From Eubacteriales bacterium (GTDB taxonomy: Bacteria > Bacillota > Clostridia > Oscillospirales > UMGS1783): DNA of 64,000 bases. Under the pieces are notes generated by a model. It did not search any database. It saw only the letters and a list, made by a program, of their open reading frames with translations, and was not told where the DNA came from. A program made the translations under genes and the position numbers. How positions within the stretch are numbered: the first letter of the stretch is position 1; each line of letters starts with the position of its first letter. Shown one piece after another: positions 9,807 to 18,420 of the stretch. The DNA lies in NCBI GenBank assembly GCA_045595395.1, contig JAZOAH010000016.1:128212-192211 (forward strand), in the 5' to 3' direction.

Positions 9807-10295
9807 TTATTTTTCATCCGGATCAATCACCCGTGTACCCGAAACAAGGTCATGCAACATCCGATCGCCTGTGATAAAAAACAAAATACAACCCAGACCG
9901 ACGATGCCGACCGACACCAGCAAAAACACCGCTCGCAGTATCGCCTTGGGATACCCCGGCGCCCGTCCGGTCTTGGTATCGACGACCCGAATCTTCATAC
10001 ACCGCTGCCCAAAGCTGGCGGAACGCACCCCGCCCACGGTTACCGTAAAATAGACCAAAAAGAGGATCGGCAACAGATAAAAGGAGATGCCGTACAAAAA
10101 CTGAAACATGACAAACCATATGCCCAACAATACCAACATGTCTATGGCAAAGGACAGGGCACGGTCACGGAAGGAAACCTCCCGATGGGCGGGCGGCAAC
10201 TCGCCGCCTTCCTGAGTTTGATGGATCGGTGCGCCGCAGACCGGGCAAACCGTATCCCGATCCGATACATCGGCACCGCACTTAAAGCAAAACAT
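9807..10295 (-). CDS. RDD-family membrane protein with an N-terminal zinc ribbon
   Basis: FCFKCGADVSDRDTVCPVCGAP (CxxC..CxxC), then three TM helices with the RDD-type R/D/D positions (FRDRALSFAIDML.., DRMLHDLVSGTRV). Start set at ATG 10295 (GGAGG 7 nt upstream); the track start at 10511 overlaps the divergent gene. Confidence 0.75.
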   Translation of the reverse strand: MFCFKCGADVSDRDTVCPVCGAPIHQTQEGGELPPAHREVSFRDRALSFAIDMLVLLGIWFVMFQFLYGISFYLLPILFLVYFTVTVGGVRSASFGQRCMKIRVVDTKTGRAPGYPKAILRAVFLLVSVGIVGLGCILFFITGDRMLHDLVSGTRVIDPDEK

Positions 10296-10413
10296 CAGCA
10301 TACCTCCGAAAAAGTCTATCTCTATTATATCACCTTTTTCCGTCTTGTAAAGCGTTGACAAGTGTCGGACAAATGAATAAAATAAGAATGATAAGTGAGG
10401 TGAATGATCCGAC

Positions 10414-11214
10414 ATGGCAAAAACAATATCCTTTGGCCGTCGATTAAGACGAGCCCTGCTGATCACCCTGTTTGTGATTTTGGCCGGCTGCCTGGTCGGC
10501 GCTCTGTTCATTGCTGAGCCGTGGGCATCGGATCAAACGGAGCATACCATCGCCCCCAAAACGACCGACATGGGCCGCTTCGAACTGTCCCTGGGCGAAG
10601 AATATATTTTTGATATTAAGTTAGGGGCCAATGAGATCATTTCCTCGATCGACTCGGAGCAGCCCGCCGTCATTGAGCCGATCGGTTACGGCATCCGAGC
10701 CAACGGCGCCCGAACCGAAGTCAAAGTCACCGTGACGACGCGAGAAGCCGTTTTATCGGGACAAAGCAATCGCATCGTCTTTTTCGGGCGTGACTATTCC
10801 GAGCCCTATTATCATTTGCGCCGTGCCCTTCGCTCCATGCTTGGCATCAAGAATACCTATACCCTGCCCAGTGAATTGCGGGTGCTCAACATCTATGATT
10901 ACCGATTCTTTGTGCCCGACTATCCCATCGAGGAGGCCGGCCAACTTAATATGGAGGTCGGCGGTTACACCGATATATCGCCCAAGGGCGTAGGCAGTAA
11001 TATCTACACCCTCATCCAGATCAGCAACACCGACCTGCTTTCAGTCAAGCAACTGGTCACCGACAACGACTACCGCCTGTTCGCTGCCCAATCCGGAAAG
11101 ACCGAGGTTATGGTCATGTACGGATTTTATATCAGCGCAACCGATCAAACCAGCAACAAACCCAATCAATTTGTGCCGATCAAAGCCTCCCTCTACACTG
11201 TCACCATTAAATAA
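10414..11214 (+). CDS. Hypothetical membrane-anchored extracytoplasmic protein (beta-rich, possibly Ig-like repeats)
   Basis: N-terminal basic stretch plus a TM helix (LLITLFVILAGCLVGALFI). The remainder is beta-strand-like, with two segments resembling Big_2-type repeats (..ANGARTEVKVTVTT.. and ..AAQSGKTEVMVMY..). No catalytic motif recognised. Confidence 0.55.
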   Translation: MAKTISFGRRLRRALLITLFVILAGCLVGALFIAEPWASDQTEHTIAPKTTDMGRFELSLGEEYIFDIKLGANEIISSIDSEQPAVIEPIGYGIRANGARTEVKVTVTTREAVLSGQSNRIVFFGRDYSEPYYHLRRALRSMLGIKNTYTLPSELRVLNIYDYRFFVPDYPIEEAGQLNMEVGGYTDISPKGVGSNIYTLIQISNTDLLSVKQLVTDNDYRLFAAQSGKTEVMVMYGFYISATDQTSNKPNQFVPIKASLYTVTIK

Positions 11215-11250
11215 AGAGTCTTCCTGCATGGAAGACTCTTTATTTATTTA
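11213..11250. terminator. Bidirectional terminator between convergent genes
   Basis: aaagagtcttcc-tgcat-ggaagactcttt forms a 12-bp stem with A/T runs on both sides. Confidence 0.75.
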
Positions 11251-11951
11251 TGCATAGCCTGTTTAAGAATATCTACCGCACAAACATAGCCCATCCACGC
11301 CCGGCGATACCACACCACATCCGGATCGGGCAGTTGCTTACCTGCCAGTGTGTCGGCATAATAGTCAAGCAAACCGGGGTTACGCACCAACAACGGCGCA
11401 GCCACTTGGGTTGCCACCAAACCACCCTTACAAATACCCTCCATCGCTCCGACTTTTTTATCGCTGTCGAAGATGATACGCAAAAAGGCCGGTTCCTGTG
11501 TCTGTATCTCCAAAGAACTGTTATAAGCCCCAATGACCTTGTGCTCACAAAACGGGCAATCGGCCAACACTTCGGTATAATGACGCTTGTCATGGATCTT
11601 TGCCTTGCCCTCAACCAACCCCAAGCCCAGTGTTTCCTTGCCATCCGGCCGAATCACGCTCTGCATCGGCAAAGCCGCTGAGGCTCCCACAAAGAGCAAC
11701 TGCTTGCCGGCCTCATAATAGGCCAATAAGGCATCCCGCAACGGCATGAGCTTCTTGGCCGCCGCCAGCATCTTGCTCTCGGTACCGGCACCGAAATAGA
11801 TCAGATCGGCCGAAGATATGGCATCCATCGTCAAAGGTTCAACTGATACCTCTTCCCCGCCCGCCTCGAGATAGGCAGACAGCAAGCGCAGGTCGGCGTC
11901 GCCGCCGTAGAGATTCAGCAGATCAGGAAAAGCGTGTAGAATACGGATCAT
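11244..11951 (-). CDS. gatD: GatD-like CobB/CobQ-type glutamine amidotransferase domain protein (MurT partner), catalytic residues apparently substituted
   Basis: Collinear with S. aureus GatD as I recall it (LNLYGG.., DLIYFGAGTES vs DIFFIGGGSDRE, RPDGKETLGLGL vs TPDGTELEGLGI, LVATQVAAPLLVRN vs LLGTYLHGPILPKN). 4-nt overlap with murT. See findings for the Cys/His substitutions. Confidence 0.75.
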   Translation of the reverse strand: MIRILHAFPDLLNLYGGDADLRLLSAYLEAGGEEVSVEPLTMDAISSADLIYFGAGTESKMLAAAKKLMPLRDALLAYYEAGKQLLFVGASAALPMQSVIRPDGKETLGLGLVEGKAKIHDKRHYTEVLADCPFCEHKVIGAYNSSLEIQTQEPAFLRIIFDSDKKVGAMEGICKGGLVATQVAAPLLVRNPGLLDYYADTLAGKQLPDPDVVWYRRAWMGYVCAVDILKQAMHK

Positions 11952-13285
11952 GCCTGCACCTCCTTGAGTCGGGATGTAAACTTGCCTACATCGGTAAAGC
12001 AGGTCATCACATAAATATCGCCCACAGCATTATCTTTCAGATCAGTCATCATCTTGTCCAGATCCGGCTCGACCGTCAGCCGCTCATCCTTGACACCGGC
12101 AAACGTCAAACGCACCGCCAGATCATAGGCAAACTGCCCCGAAACGATCACACGCTTGACACCCTCGGACGCCGCTGACTCAAAATCAACGTCCCACAGC
12201 CAGGACATATCATTGGCCGCATATTTGCGGCTGAGCTGATCGACAATGAGTACCAGCGTAGCCTCGGTAACGTTGCTCAGTTCACTCAGAGCTGCGTTAT
12301 AGGCCATAGAGTTTTCGTGCTTGGTCAGGGTAAATAAGCCCCGATGTCCCTGCAGAGTAAATTCATGCAGACGGTCGCCGCGAATGACGAAATGATCCAG
12401 TGCTTCAGCCGCCTTTTCCGGCGTAAAGTCAAAAGCCTTCACAAGCGTTGTATAGGCTGCTGCGATATTGTAGGCAAAGTTGCTGTTGCACATCTGCGGT
12501 GTTATCGCATGAGCGCCATCCAGGATAAAAGCACCGTCTTGAATGGCTGTTATCTCGTGATCGACCGTCCCTCTGGCAAAGCCGCAGGATGGACATGTGT
12601 AGTTTCCGACGTGAGAGAACACCCGACTGTTATAGGTCATTTCTTCATAGCAGACCGGGCAATAAGCCCCGTCACGATAGGCGTGGCTTGTCCCCTCTTT
12701 TTCCGAAAAAACAGAAGCCGATACGCCATAGGAGATGGCCTTACGGCCAACAGCCAAACTAGCAGAAATCGGCTCATCGGCATTGATGATCAGGGTGGTA
12801 TCGGCGGGGATTCCCTTGGCCAATTCTTTACGGACAAATTCGCTGTGGCCGTTACGCGTCATCTGATCGCGATAGAGATTGGTGATGACCATGTAATCGG
12901 GCGTAAACTGCTTAAAGGTATACTGGCAAAACCGCTCGTCGCTTTCGATGAGTGCCATATCGGCCTTGACCTTACCGCCAAGGGTGCAATGCTGCAAAAA
13001 CATAGCGGTGACACCTTGGATCTGGTTAGAGCCCTCGGTATTGCAGATCAGGTCGATCCCGGCCTCACGAGCGGCGGCATAGATCATTTGCGTGGTCGTT
13101 GTTTTGCCGTTGGAGCCGGTGACAACTACCGTTTTCGGCGGCAGCTGCATGCGGCGCAGCAGGTCAGGGCACAATTTTAGTGCCAATCCACCGGGAAAAG
13201 ACGATGCGTTACGGCCGAGCATTTTGATGGCCAGCCTGGTCAATTTTCCCGCTATGATGGCAAAACTCATGCGAATATCCATCAA
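11948..13285 (-). CDS. murT: Mur-ligase-family lipid II isoglutaminyl synthase subunit MurT
   Basis: P-loop TGSNGKTTTT, a Cys4 ribbon (CPVCYEE..CPSCGF) characteristic of MurT, and a C-terminal DUF1727-like segment (NDMSWLWDVDFE). Confidence 0.85.
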   Translation of the reverse strand: MMDIRMSFAIIAGKLTRLAIKMLGRNASSFPGGLALKLCPDLLRRMQLPPKTVVVTGSNGKTTTTQMIYAAAREAGIDLICNTEGSNQIQGVTAMFLQHCTLGGKVKADMALIESDERFCQYTFKQFTPDYMVITNLYRDQMTRNGHSEFVRKELAKGIPADTTLIINADEPISASLAVGRKAISYGVSASVFSEKEGTSHAYRDGAYCPVCYEEMTYNSRVFSHVGNYTCPSCGFARGTVDHEITAIQDGAFILDGAHAITPQMCNSNFAYNIAAAYTTLVKAFDFTPEKAAEALDHFVIRGDRLHEFTLQGHRGLFTLTKHENSMAYNAALSELSNVTEATLVLIVDQLSRKYAANDMSWLWDVDFESAASEGVKRVIVSGQFAYDLAVRLTFAGVKDERLTVEPDLDKMMTDLKDNAVGDIYVMTCFTDVGKFTSRLKEVQA

Positions 13286-13401
13286 CTTCCTCCAAGAAAT
13301 TACTGTAATTTATATTATATCTTTCTGTTTGGATTGTCAACACTTGCATTTCCAAATGTTTTAAGGTAGAATATACCTACATATCGAAAGGAGTGGCCTA
13401 T

Positions 13402-14166
13402 ATGATCCTGACCATTGATGTGGGAAACAGCAATATCGTAGTCGGTGCCTTTGACGGCGACACCCTCGCCTTTTCGGCTCGGCTCAATACAGAGAAGAAG
13501 CGGCTGAGCGATGAGTATGCCATCGACTTGCGCAACATCTTTGCTCTGTACGGCGCCAACCGCACGGTGGAAGGGGCCATTCTTTCTTCGGTCGTACCGG
13601 GTCTGACACCGGTGCTGCGCCGTGCTGTTAAGCTGGTTTTTGATCTGGACTGTCTGGTCGTCGGCCCCGGCATTAAGACGGGCATGAACATCCGCATCGA
13701 CAACCCCTCGCAGCTGGGCAGTGACATTCTGGCCGATGCCGTCGGTGCCTACACCCAATACCCCGGCCCTATCGTCATCTTTGACCTGGGCACGGCATCT
13801 ACCATTTCGGTTACCGATGAAACGGGAAGCATCCTCGGCGGTGCCATTTTGCCGGGCGTGACCCTCTCTCTCAATGCGCTGTCACAAATGGCAGCACAGC
13901 TGCCCGAGATCAGCATGGAGCCGCCCAAAGACATTATCGGCACAAACACCATTGATTCCATGCGTTCGGGCATCCTCTTTGGCAATGCATCTATGATCGA
14001 CGGCATGATCGACCGACTGACCGAGCGGCTGGGCAAAGAGCCGACTGTGGTCGCCACCGGCGGCATTGCCGAAACGATCGTGCCCCACTGCCGCCACAAC
14101 ATTATTTTGGATCCGGCCCTGCAGCTCAAAGGCCTGCTCCATCTTTACCGCAAGAACCGCTCCTAA
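13402..14166 (+). CDS. coaX: Type III pantothenate kinase
   Basis: MILTIDVGNSNIVVGAF.., GSDILADAVGA.., FDLGTASTI.., ATGGIAE (the ASKHA fold motifs of CoaX). Start set at ATG 13402 (AAAGGAG 8 nt upstream) rather than GTG 13393. Confidence 0.9.
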   Translation: MILTIDVGNSNIVVGAFDGDTLAFSARLNTEKKRLSDEYAIDLRNIFALYGANRTVEGAILSSVVPGLTPVLRRAVKLVFDLDCLVVGPGIKTGMNIRIDNPSQLGSDILADAVGAYTQYPGPIVIFDLGTASTISVTDETGSILGGAILPGVTLSLNALSQMAAQLPEISMEPPKDIIGTNTIDSMRSGILFGNASMIDGMIDRLTERLGKEPTVVATGGIAETIVPHCRHNIILDPALQLKGLLHLYRKNRS

Positions 14167-14228
14167 CGGGCGTTCTCAAATAAATATGCGCTGCATCCGC
14201 AAACGGAGCAGCAGCAGGAGGTATTCAT

Positions 14229-14849
14229 ATGAGCACAAAAACAAGACACGACTGGCTGTTATGGCTGGTACAAGTAGCCATTCTGGCGACAATTGTAGCG
14301 GTAATGAACTTTACACCGCTTGGCATGCTTCGACTGGGCGTGGTTGAGATCACCTTTATGATGATCCCGGTCATCATCGGAGCTATTGTATGCGGCCCGG
14401 GGGCCGGCGCTTTACTGGGCGCTGAATTCGGTTTCTTCAGTTTTTGGACCTGCATTGATGCCAGCAGTGTTTTTGGCGCCACCCTTTTGGGAATCAACCC
14501 ATGGTTTACTGCTTTGGTCTGCTTTGCCCCTCGTATTTTTATGGGCTGGGCCTGCGGCATGATCTTCCGTGGATTATACCGCAACCACGTCCCGAAATTC
14601 TGGAGTTTTTCCCTCTCAGGGCTGAGCGGCGCACTGCTTAACACCCTTGGGTTTACCGGACTTCTTGTTCTCTTCTTTTGGAATAGTGGATACATTCAAA
14701 GCCTGGCCGCCGGCAAAAACATTTTCGGGTTCCTCATTGCCTTTGTCGGTCTCAACGGACTTGTTGAAGCCGTTGTCTGCACGATATTGGCCGCCACTAT
14801 CAGCCGAGCCCTTCTCCCCTTCATTAAAATCACACCAAAAGAAAAATAA
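14229..14849 (+). CDS. ECF-transporter S component (substrate unknown; pantothenate is plausible from the coaX adjacency)
   Basis: 206 aa with about 6 TM helices. The N-terminal pattern ..LVQVAILATIVAVMNF..LGVVEITFMMIPVIIGAIVCGPGAG is typical of ECF S components. No riboswitch seen upstream. Confidence 0.65.
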   Translation: MSTKTRHDWLLWLVQVAILATIVAVMNFTPLGMLRLGVVEITFMMIPVIIGAIVCGPGAGALLGAEFGFFSFWTCIDASSVFGATLLGINPWFTALVCFAPRIFMGWACGMIFRGLYRNHVPKFWSFSLSGLSGALLNTLGFTGLLVLFFWNSGYIQSLAAGKNIFGFLIAFVGLNGLVEAVVCTILAATISRALLPFIKITPKEK

Positions 14850-14879
14850 TGTGTTGCTTTCGCTCTTAGGATTTTGCAA

Positions 14880-14911
14880 AAGACCCGACATATCATGTCG
14901 GGTCTTTTTTG
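14880..14911 (+). terminator. Intrinsic terminator of the S-component gene
   Basis: gacccgacat-atc-atgtcgggtc forms a 10-12 bp stem followed by tttttt. Confidence 0.85.
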
Positions 14912-14912
14912 C

Positions 14913-14945
14913 AAAAAAAACGCCGCTACGAATTTCGTAGCGGCG
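14913..14945 (-). terminator. Intrinsic terminator of the tRNA-Trp/tRNA-Thr unit
   Basis: cgccgctacga-att-tcgtagcggcg forms an 11-bp stem directly after the tRNA-Thr CCA end, followed on the minus strand by tttttttt. Confidence 0.85.
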
Positions 14946-15021
14946 TGGAGCTGATAACCAGATTCGAACTGGTGACCTCATCCTTACCAAGGATGTGCTC
15001 TACCTACTGAGCTATATCAGC
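14946..15021 (-). tRNA. tRNA-Thr (anticodon GGU)
   Basis: Hand-folded cloverleaf: acceptor gctgata/tatcagc, D arm gctc..gagc, anticodon arm catcc-ttGGTaa-ggatg, T arm accag-ttcgaat-ctggt. CCA is encoded. Confidence 0.95.
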
Positions 15022-15056
15022 AAGTCGGAGACCTACTAGATTTCGGCCCCCACAAA

Positions 15057-15132
15057 TGGCAGGGGCAGAAGGGATCGAACCCTCGGCACTCGGTTTTGGA
15101 GACCGATGCTCTACCAGCTGAGCTATACCCCT
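15057..15132 (-). tRNA. tRNA-Trp (anticodon CCA)
   Basis: Hand-folded: acceptor aggggta/tgcccct (one G-U pair), anticodon arm tcggt-ctCCAaa-accga, T arm with ggttcgatcc. CCA is encoded. Confidence 0.95.
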
Positions 15133-15159
15133 GTATAGCATCTCTCTTGACGCTCGTTT

Positions 15160-15188
15160 ATTATACAATATGCGATTGGGCTTGTCAA
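15160..15188 (-). promoter_or_regulatory. Sigma-A promoter for tRNA-Trp/Thr
   Basis: On the minus strand, TTGACA-N17-TATAAT (perfect consensus, with TG at the extended -10 position), about 28 nt upstream of the tRNA-Trp 5' end. Confidence 0.75.
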
Positions 15189-15229
15189 TAGATTTTTGTC
15201 AAAAAAGAGGGCGTTTTGCCCTCTTTTTT

Positions 15230-16528
15230 TTACTTATTTTTCAGTTGTTTGACCTTTTCCAGAATCGGATCGGGCGGCACATCTTCAACATTACCCATAT
15301 CCTTAGTGCTGCTGTGCGGAATGGTCTTCCATTCGGTTTTCGGGCACAAAATAGCGCTCACGGCGATGAAGCATGTGGGCAGGATGAATATCGGGAAAGC
15401 CAAAATACTGCGCCACATACGCCATACGGGCTTCTTATCGGCCGCCAATCCAAAGGCCGCAAGGGCGGCGATGCCCAGTACGGCCACAACCGGAATAGCC
15501 AGCATCAGACACAGTACCTTGTCGGGCACACCCGACAGGATCAGCAATCCGGCATAAGGAATAAAGGAAAACAGCATAGCCGTCTGCGAGATAGGCAGCA
15601 TCAGAAAGCAGAGAATATCAAACCCATCAACAAAGTTGGTCTTCATGCGTTGACATGCTTGTTTCCACAATTTGGAGAAGCACTGCACCCCGCCGACCTC
15701 CCAGCGTCGGAACTGCGAGAAGAAAAAGCGAGCTTTCGTAGGCTGCTCATCATAAAATTTGGCATCCTGCAGCAGGCCGATCTTGTAGCCTTTCATGCGT
15801 GCCAGACAGGAGAATTCCCCATCCTCGGTCATGGTTGAGGTCTGCCAACCGTTCTTGAGTATCTCACTTCGCACGGCAAAGCCTGTGCCGTAGATCATAC
15901 AAGACATGCCGTTGCTGCAACGCACCCCGTTATACATCCGCATGACCAGCGACCAAAAAATATCATAACAACCGCTGACCACCGAGTCAAAGGGGTTCTT
16001 GGCGGTGCGCCAACCGCTCACGACATCCAGCCCGCTGTTAAAGCCATCGCTGAACTTTTGCATGAAATCGGGCGGCAGCAGATTATCGGCATCAATGACC
16101 AAATAGGCATCAAACATGTCGGCATAGGCGGTGTTGATATGGGCGGTGAGCATTTCCAGAGCAAAGCCTTTGCCCTTTCTTACCTCATCAAAACGCTCCA
16201 GCACCTCACAACCCTTGGCTCGTGCTACTCCTGCCGTATCGTCGGTACAGTTGTCAGCAACGCAAAATATTTTATATTTGTCCTGCGGATATTGCTGTGC
16301 ATGAATAGAATCGAGCAGTTTGCCGATGACCTCAGCCTCATTACGGGCGCAGATAAGCACGGCGAAGGAATGATCCTTGCCCTCTTTTCTTTTCGGCTTG
16401 CGAAGCGGCAAAAAACCACGAACACCATGAATGACCTGCCAAGCCATAGTCGGCACCCAAAGGACTGCGAACAGCCCTATCATTACAACACAGATTACCG
16501 GGAGCACTTGATACAGAAAAATTTCCAT
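15230..16528 (-). CDS. Membrane-embedded processive family-2 glycosyltransferase (beta-glycan synthase type)
   Basis: N-terminal TM, then a GT-A domain (VLICARNEAEVI, DNCTDDT, VIDADN) and the processive-synthase motif QFRRW, followed by C-terminal TM helices. Start set at ATG 16528 (AAGGGGGA RBS). Confidence 0.8.
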   Translation of the reverse strand: MEIFLYQVLPVICVVMIGLFAVLWVPTMAWQVIHGVRGFLPLRKPKRKEGKDHSFAVLICARNEAEVIGKLLDSIHAQQYPQDKYKIFCVADNCTDDTAGVARAKGCEVLERFDEVRKGKGFALEMLTAHINTAYADMFDAYLVIDADNLLPPDFMQKFSDGFNSGLDVVSGWRTAKNPFDSVVSGCYDIFWSLVMRMYNGVRCSNGMSCMIYGTGFAVRSEILKNGWQTSTMTEDGEFSCLARMKGYKIGLLQDAKFYDEQPTKARFFFSQFRRWEVGGVQCFSKLWKQACQRMKTNFVDGFDILCFLMLPISQTAMLFSFIPYAGLLILSGVPDKVLCLMLAIPVVAVLGIAALAAFGLAADKKPVWRMWRSILAFPIFILPTCFIAVSAILCPKTEWKTIPHSSTKDMGNVEDVPPDPILEKVKQLKNK

Positions 16529-16644
16529 ATGCGTTTCCCCCTTTCCTTTATATAGTAAGTATACCATCAAACGCATGATTTGTCGAGCCGTTTTTTGGAT
16601 AGTTTGCCTAAATCGAGCAAAAACTATCCATCGAGGTGATATAT

Positions 16645-16803
16645 ATGCCAAAGAAAAAGCAGATCAAACTTCCTCCCCGAGAACAGGCCTACGAGACCTA
16701 TGCCTTGGCCGATCAAAAAAGGCTCACGCCTTGGGGAACGTCCATTCCCACCGAGAGCGGCGTTGAGCAAATGCGTGAGTGGAATGAGGAAAACAAGCTA
16801 TAA
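16645..16803 (+). CDS. Small hypothetical protein (52 aa), below the ORF-track length cutoff
   Basis: GAGGTGA RBS 5 nt before ATG 16645. Translation: MPKKKQIKLPPREQAYETYALADQKRLTPWGTSIPTESGVEQMREWNEENKL. It ends immediately before a strong terminator. It resembles small clostridial DUF3787-type proteins (from memory only). Confidence 0.5.
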   Translation: MPKKKQIKLPPREQAYETYALADQKRLTPWGTSIPTESGVEQMREWNEENKL

Positions 16804-16833
16804 AAAAGGGATGCCGTCAGGCATCCCTTTTCC
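16802..16833. terminator. Bidirectional terminator
   Basis: aagggatgcc-gtca-ggcatccctt, flanked by an A-run and a T-run, between convergent genes. Confidence 0.8.
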
Positions 16834-16836
16834 TAT

Positions 16837-18345
16837 TTACTGAACTTCGAGAGCGCTGATCAGATCATTCTCGATCTGTACCGAGGTCGCCTTTTTCAGT
16901 TCCTCATACTTAGCCTCATAGGCCTCCGACAAGAGCGTAGAGCGAACATTGGTCTGCCATCTGGGCAGATCATCGCCTACAAAATACATCACATGAGTAC
17001 CGTATTCGGTATCGACCAGGCCGGTATCCCCGCTCTGACGAGCCTCATCAAAGCACCAGTCGTTGAAGGTCTCGACCATCTGACCGGCATATACGCCCTG
17101 ATACAGTCCGCCGTTGTAGTAGTTGCTGTCCTCGGTATGAAGCATAGCCAGTTCGGCAAAGGCCTGCTCGGTCTTGTCGCCCTTGAGCCACTGATCGTAA
17201 TAACCCTGAGCCACATCATGAGCCTGTTGCGCCGTGACCGATCCCTCAACAACACTGACCAACAGATGACGGACCGAAACCGTTTCTTCTTGCTGGAGAT
17301 ATTTCGCCTTATCCAAGACATAGACACTATAGGTGTTTGCCTCTTCGTCGTGGAACATCTTCACCGCACCGACGGCCGTGCTATCGGCGAAGATCCACTT
17401 GATGGCTTCGCTGTCCTTGTTGTAAGCGGCAGCTGTCGCCTTGTAGGTATCGACGCTCGTATGGTCCCCATCTTCGTGGCCTTCGTGATCGGCATGGGTC
17501 GCCTTCAGGTAGGCATCCAGTTTGGTTTTGAAATCTTCCACACCGGTAGCGGCAGCCAACTTGTCAGCCTCAGCCTTGGCAGCCGACTGCGTTACGGCGC
17601 CTTCTGCCAATTTTTCTCCCTCTTTGGCTTCCTGATAGGAGAAGGTAAAACTATAATAATCCGCCTTCAGAACATTGAGCGGATCTTTATCATAGTAGGC
17701 CTGGATCTCTTCGACCGTCGGTGTTAATTCACCTTCCAGCACCAACTGATACTTGGTGGCAAGCATAGACAGCGTTACACAATCGATCACATCTTGTTTT
17801 TTCACACCCTGTGCATACTGACCGACGTTAGTGTAAGACTGTTCGGCACGATCATCAGCGGCTTTCTTTTCGACATCGGTCAATGCCACGCCGTTAGCAT
17901 TGGCATCTTCGCACAAAACCAAGAGCTTTTCCGCATCTTCTTTGGCCGCATCGGCAAAATACTCAAACCAAGTGATGGTATTGTTTTCCGAATCGGTGGT
18001 GTACTGATCCTTCAGAGCCTTAGCGGTATCCAGCCCCGTATAGGACAGATAGTCACCATAGGTGTTGAGATAGTTGGCGTATTGACTAAAGATGAAATAA
18101 CTCATCATGCTGCCGTTTACCTCAAAATTGTCGGTCTTCATCACGATCTGTGCACGTTGGGCAGCACCCGAGTTGCGATAAACATTGATCCCAACCAAGG
18201 TACCGATTCCTGCCAACAGTGCGACAACAACGGCCAGCGAGATGATCAGATTGATTTTTTGCTGTTTTTTCTTTGCCTGCTCACGCTCGAGCGCAGCGGC
18301 TTTCTTTTCCGCATAATTAATGCGGCTTCTTGCACCTTTTCCCAT
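16837..18345 (-). CDS. Membrane-anchored parvulin-type peptidyl-prolyl isomerase (PrsA/SurA-like)
   Basis: N-terminal basic stretch plus a TM helix, a long helical chaperone-like region, and a C-terminal PpiC domain (VSVRHLLV.., GGLYQGVYAGQMVETFNDWCF.., TEYGTHVMYF). Confidence 0.8.
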   Translation of the reverse strand: MGKGARSRINYAEKKAAALEREQAKKKQQKINLIISLAVVVALLAGIGTLVGINVYRNSGAAQRAQIVMKTDNFEVNGSMMSYFIFSQYANYLNTYGDYLSYTGLDTAKALKDQYTTDSENNTITWFEYFADAAKEDAEKLLVLCEDANANGVALTDVEKKAADDRAEQSYTNVGQYAQGVKKQDVIDCVTLSMLATKYQLVLEGELTPTVEEIQAYYDKDPLNVLKADYYSFTFSYQEAKEGEKLAEGAVTQSAAKAEADKLAAATGVEDFKTKLDAYLKATHADHEGHEDGDHTSVDTYKATAAAYNKDSEAIKWIFADSTAVGAVKMFHDEEANTYSVYVLDKAKYLQQEETVSVRHLLVSVVEGSVTAQQAHDVAQGYYDQWLKGDKTEQAFAELAMLHTEDSNYYNGGLYQGVYAGQMVETFNDWCFDEARQSGDTGLVDTEYGTHVMYFVGDDLPRWQTNVRSTLLSEAYEAKYEELKKATSVQIENDLISALEVQ

Positions 18346-18420
18346 GATAGTAATTCCTTTCTCTTTTGGGTGATTTCATTATATAAGATTGTATCACGCT
18401 TTGTGTGACGGGTTTCTGAA

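Noticed and set aside
13315-14695. Minus-strand ORFs opposite coaX and the ECF S-component gene (147, 109, 126 and 156 aa).
   Set aside because: They are antisense shadows, and the plus-strand genes have clear family motifs and RBSs.
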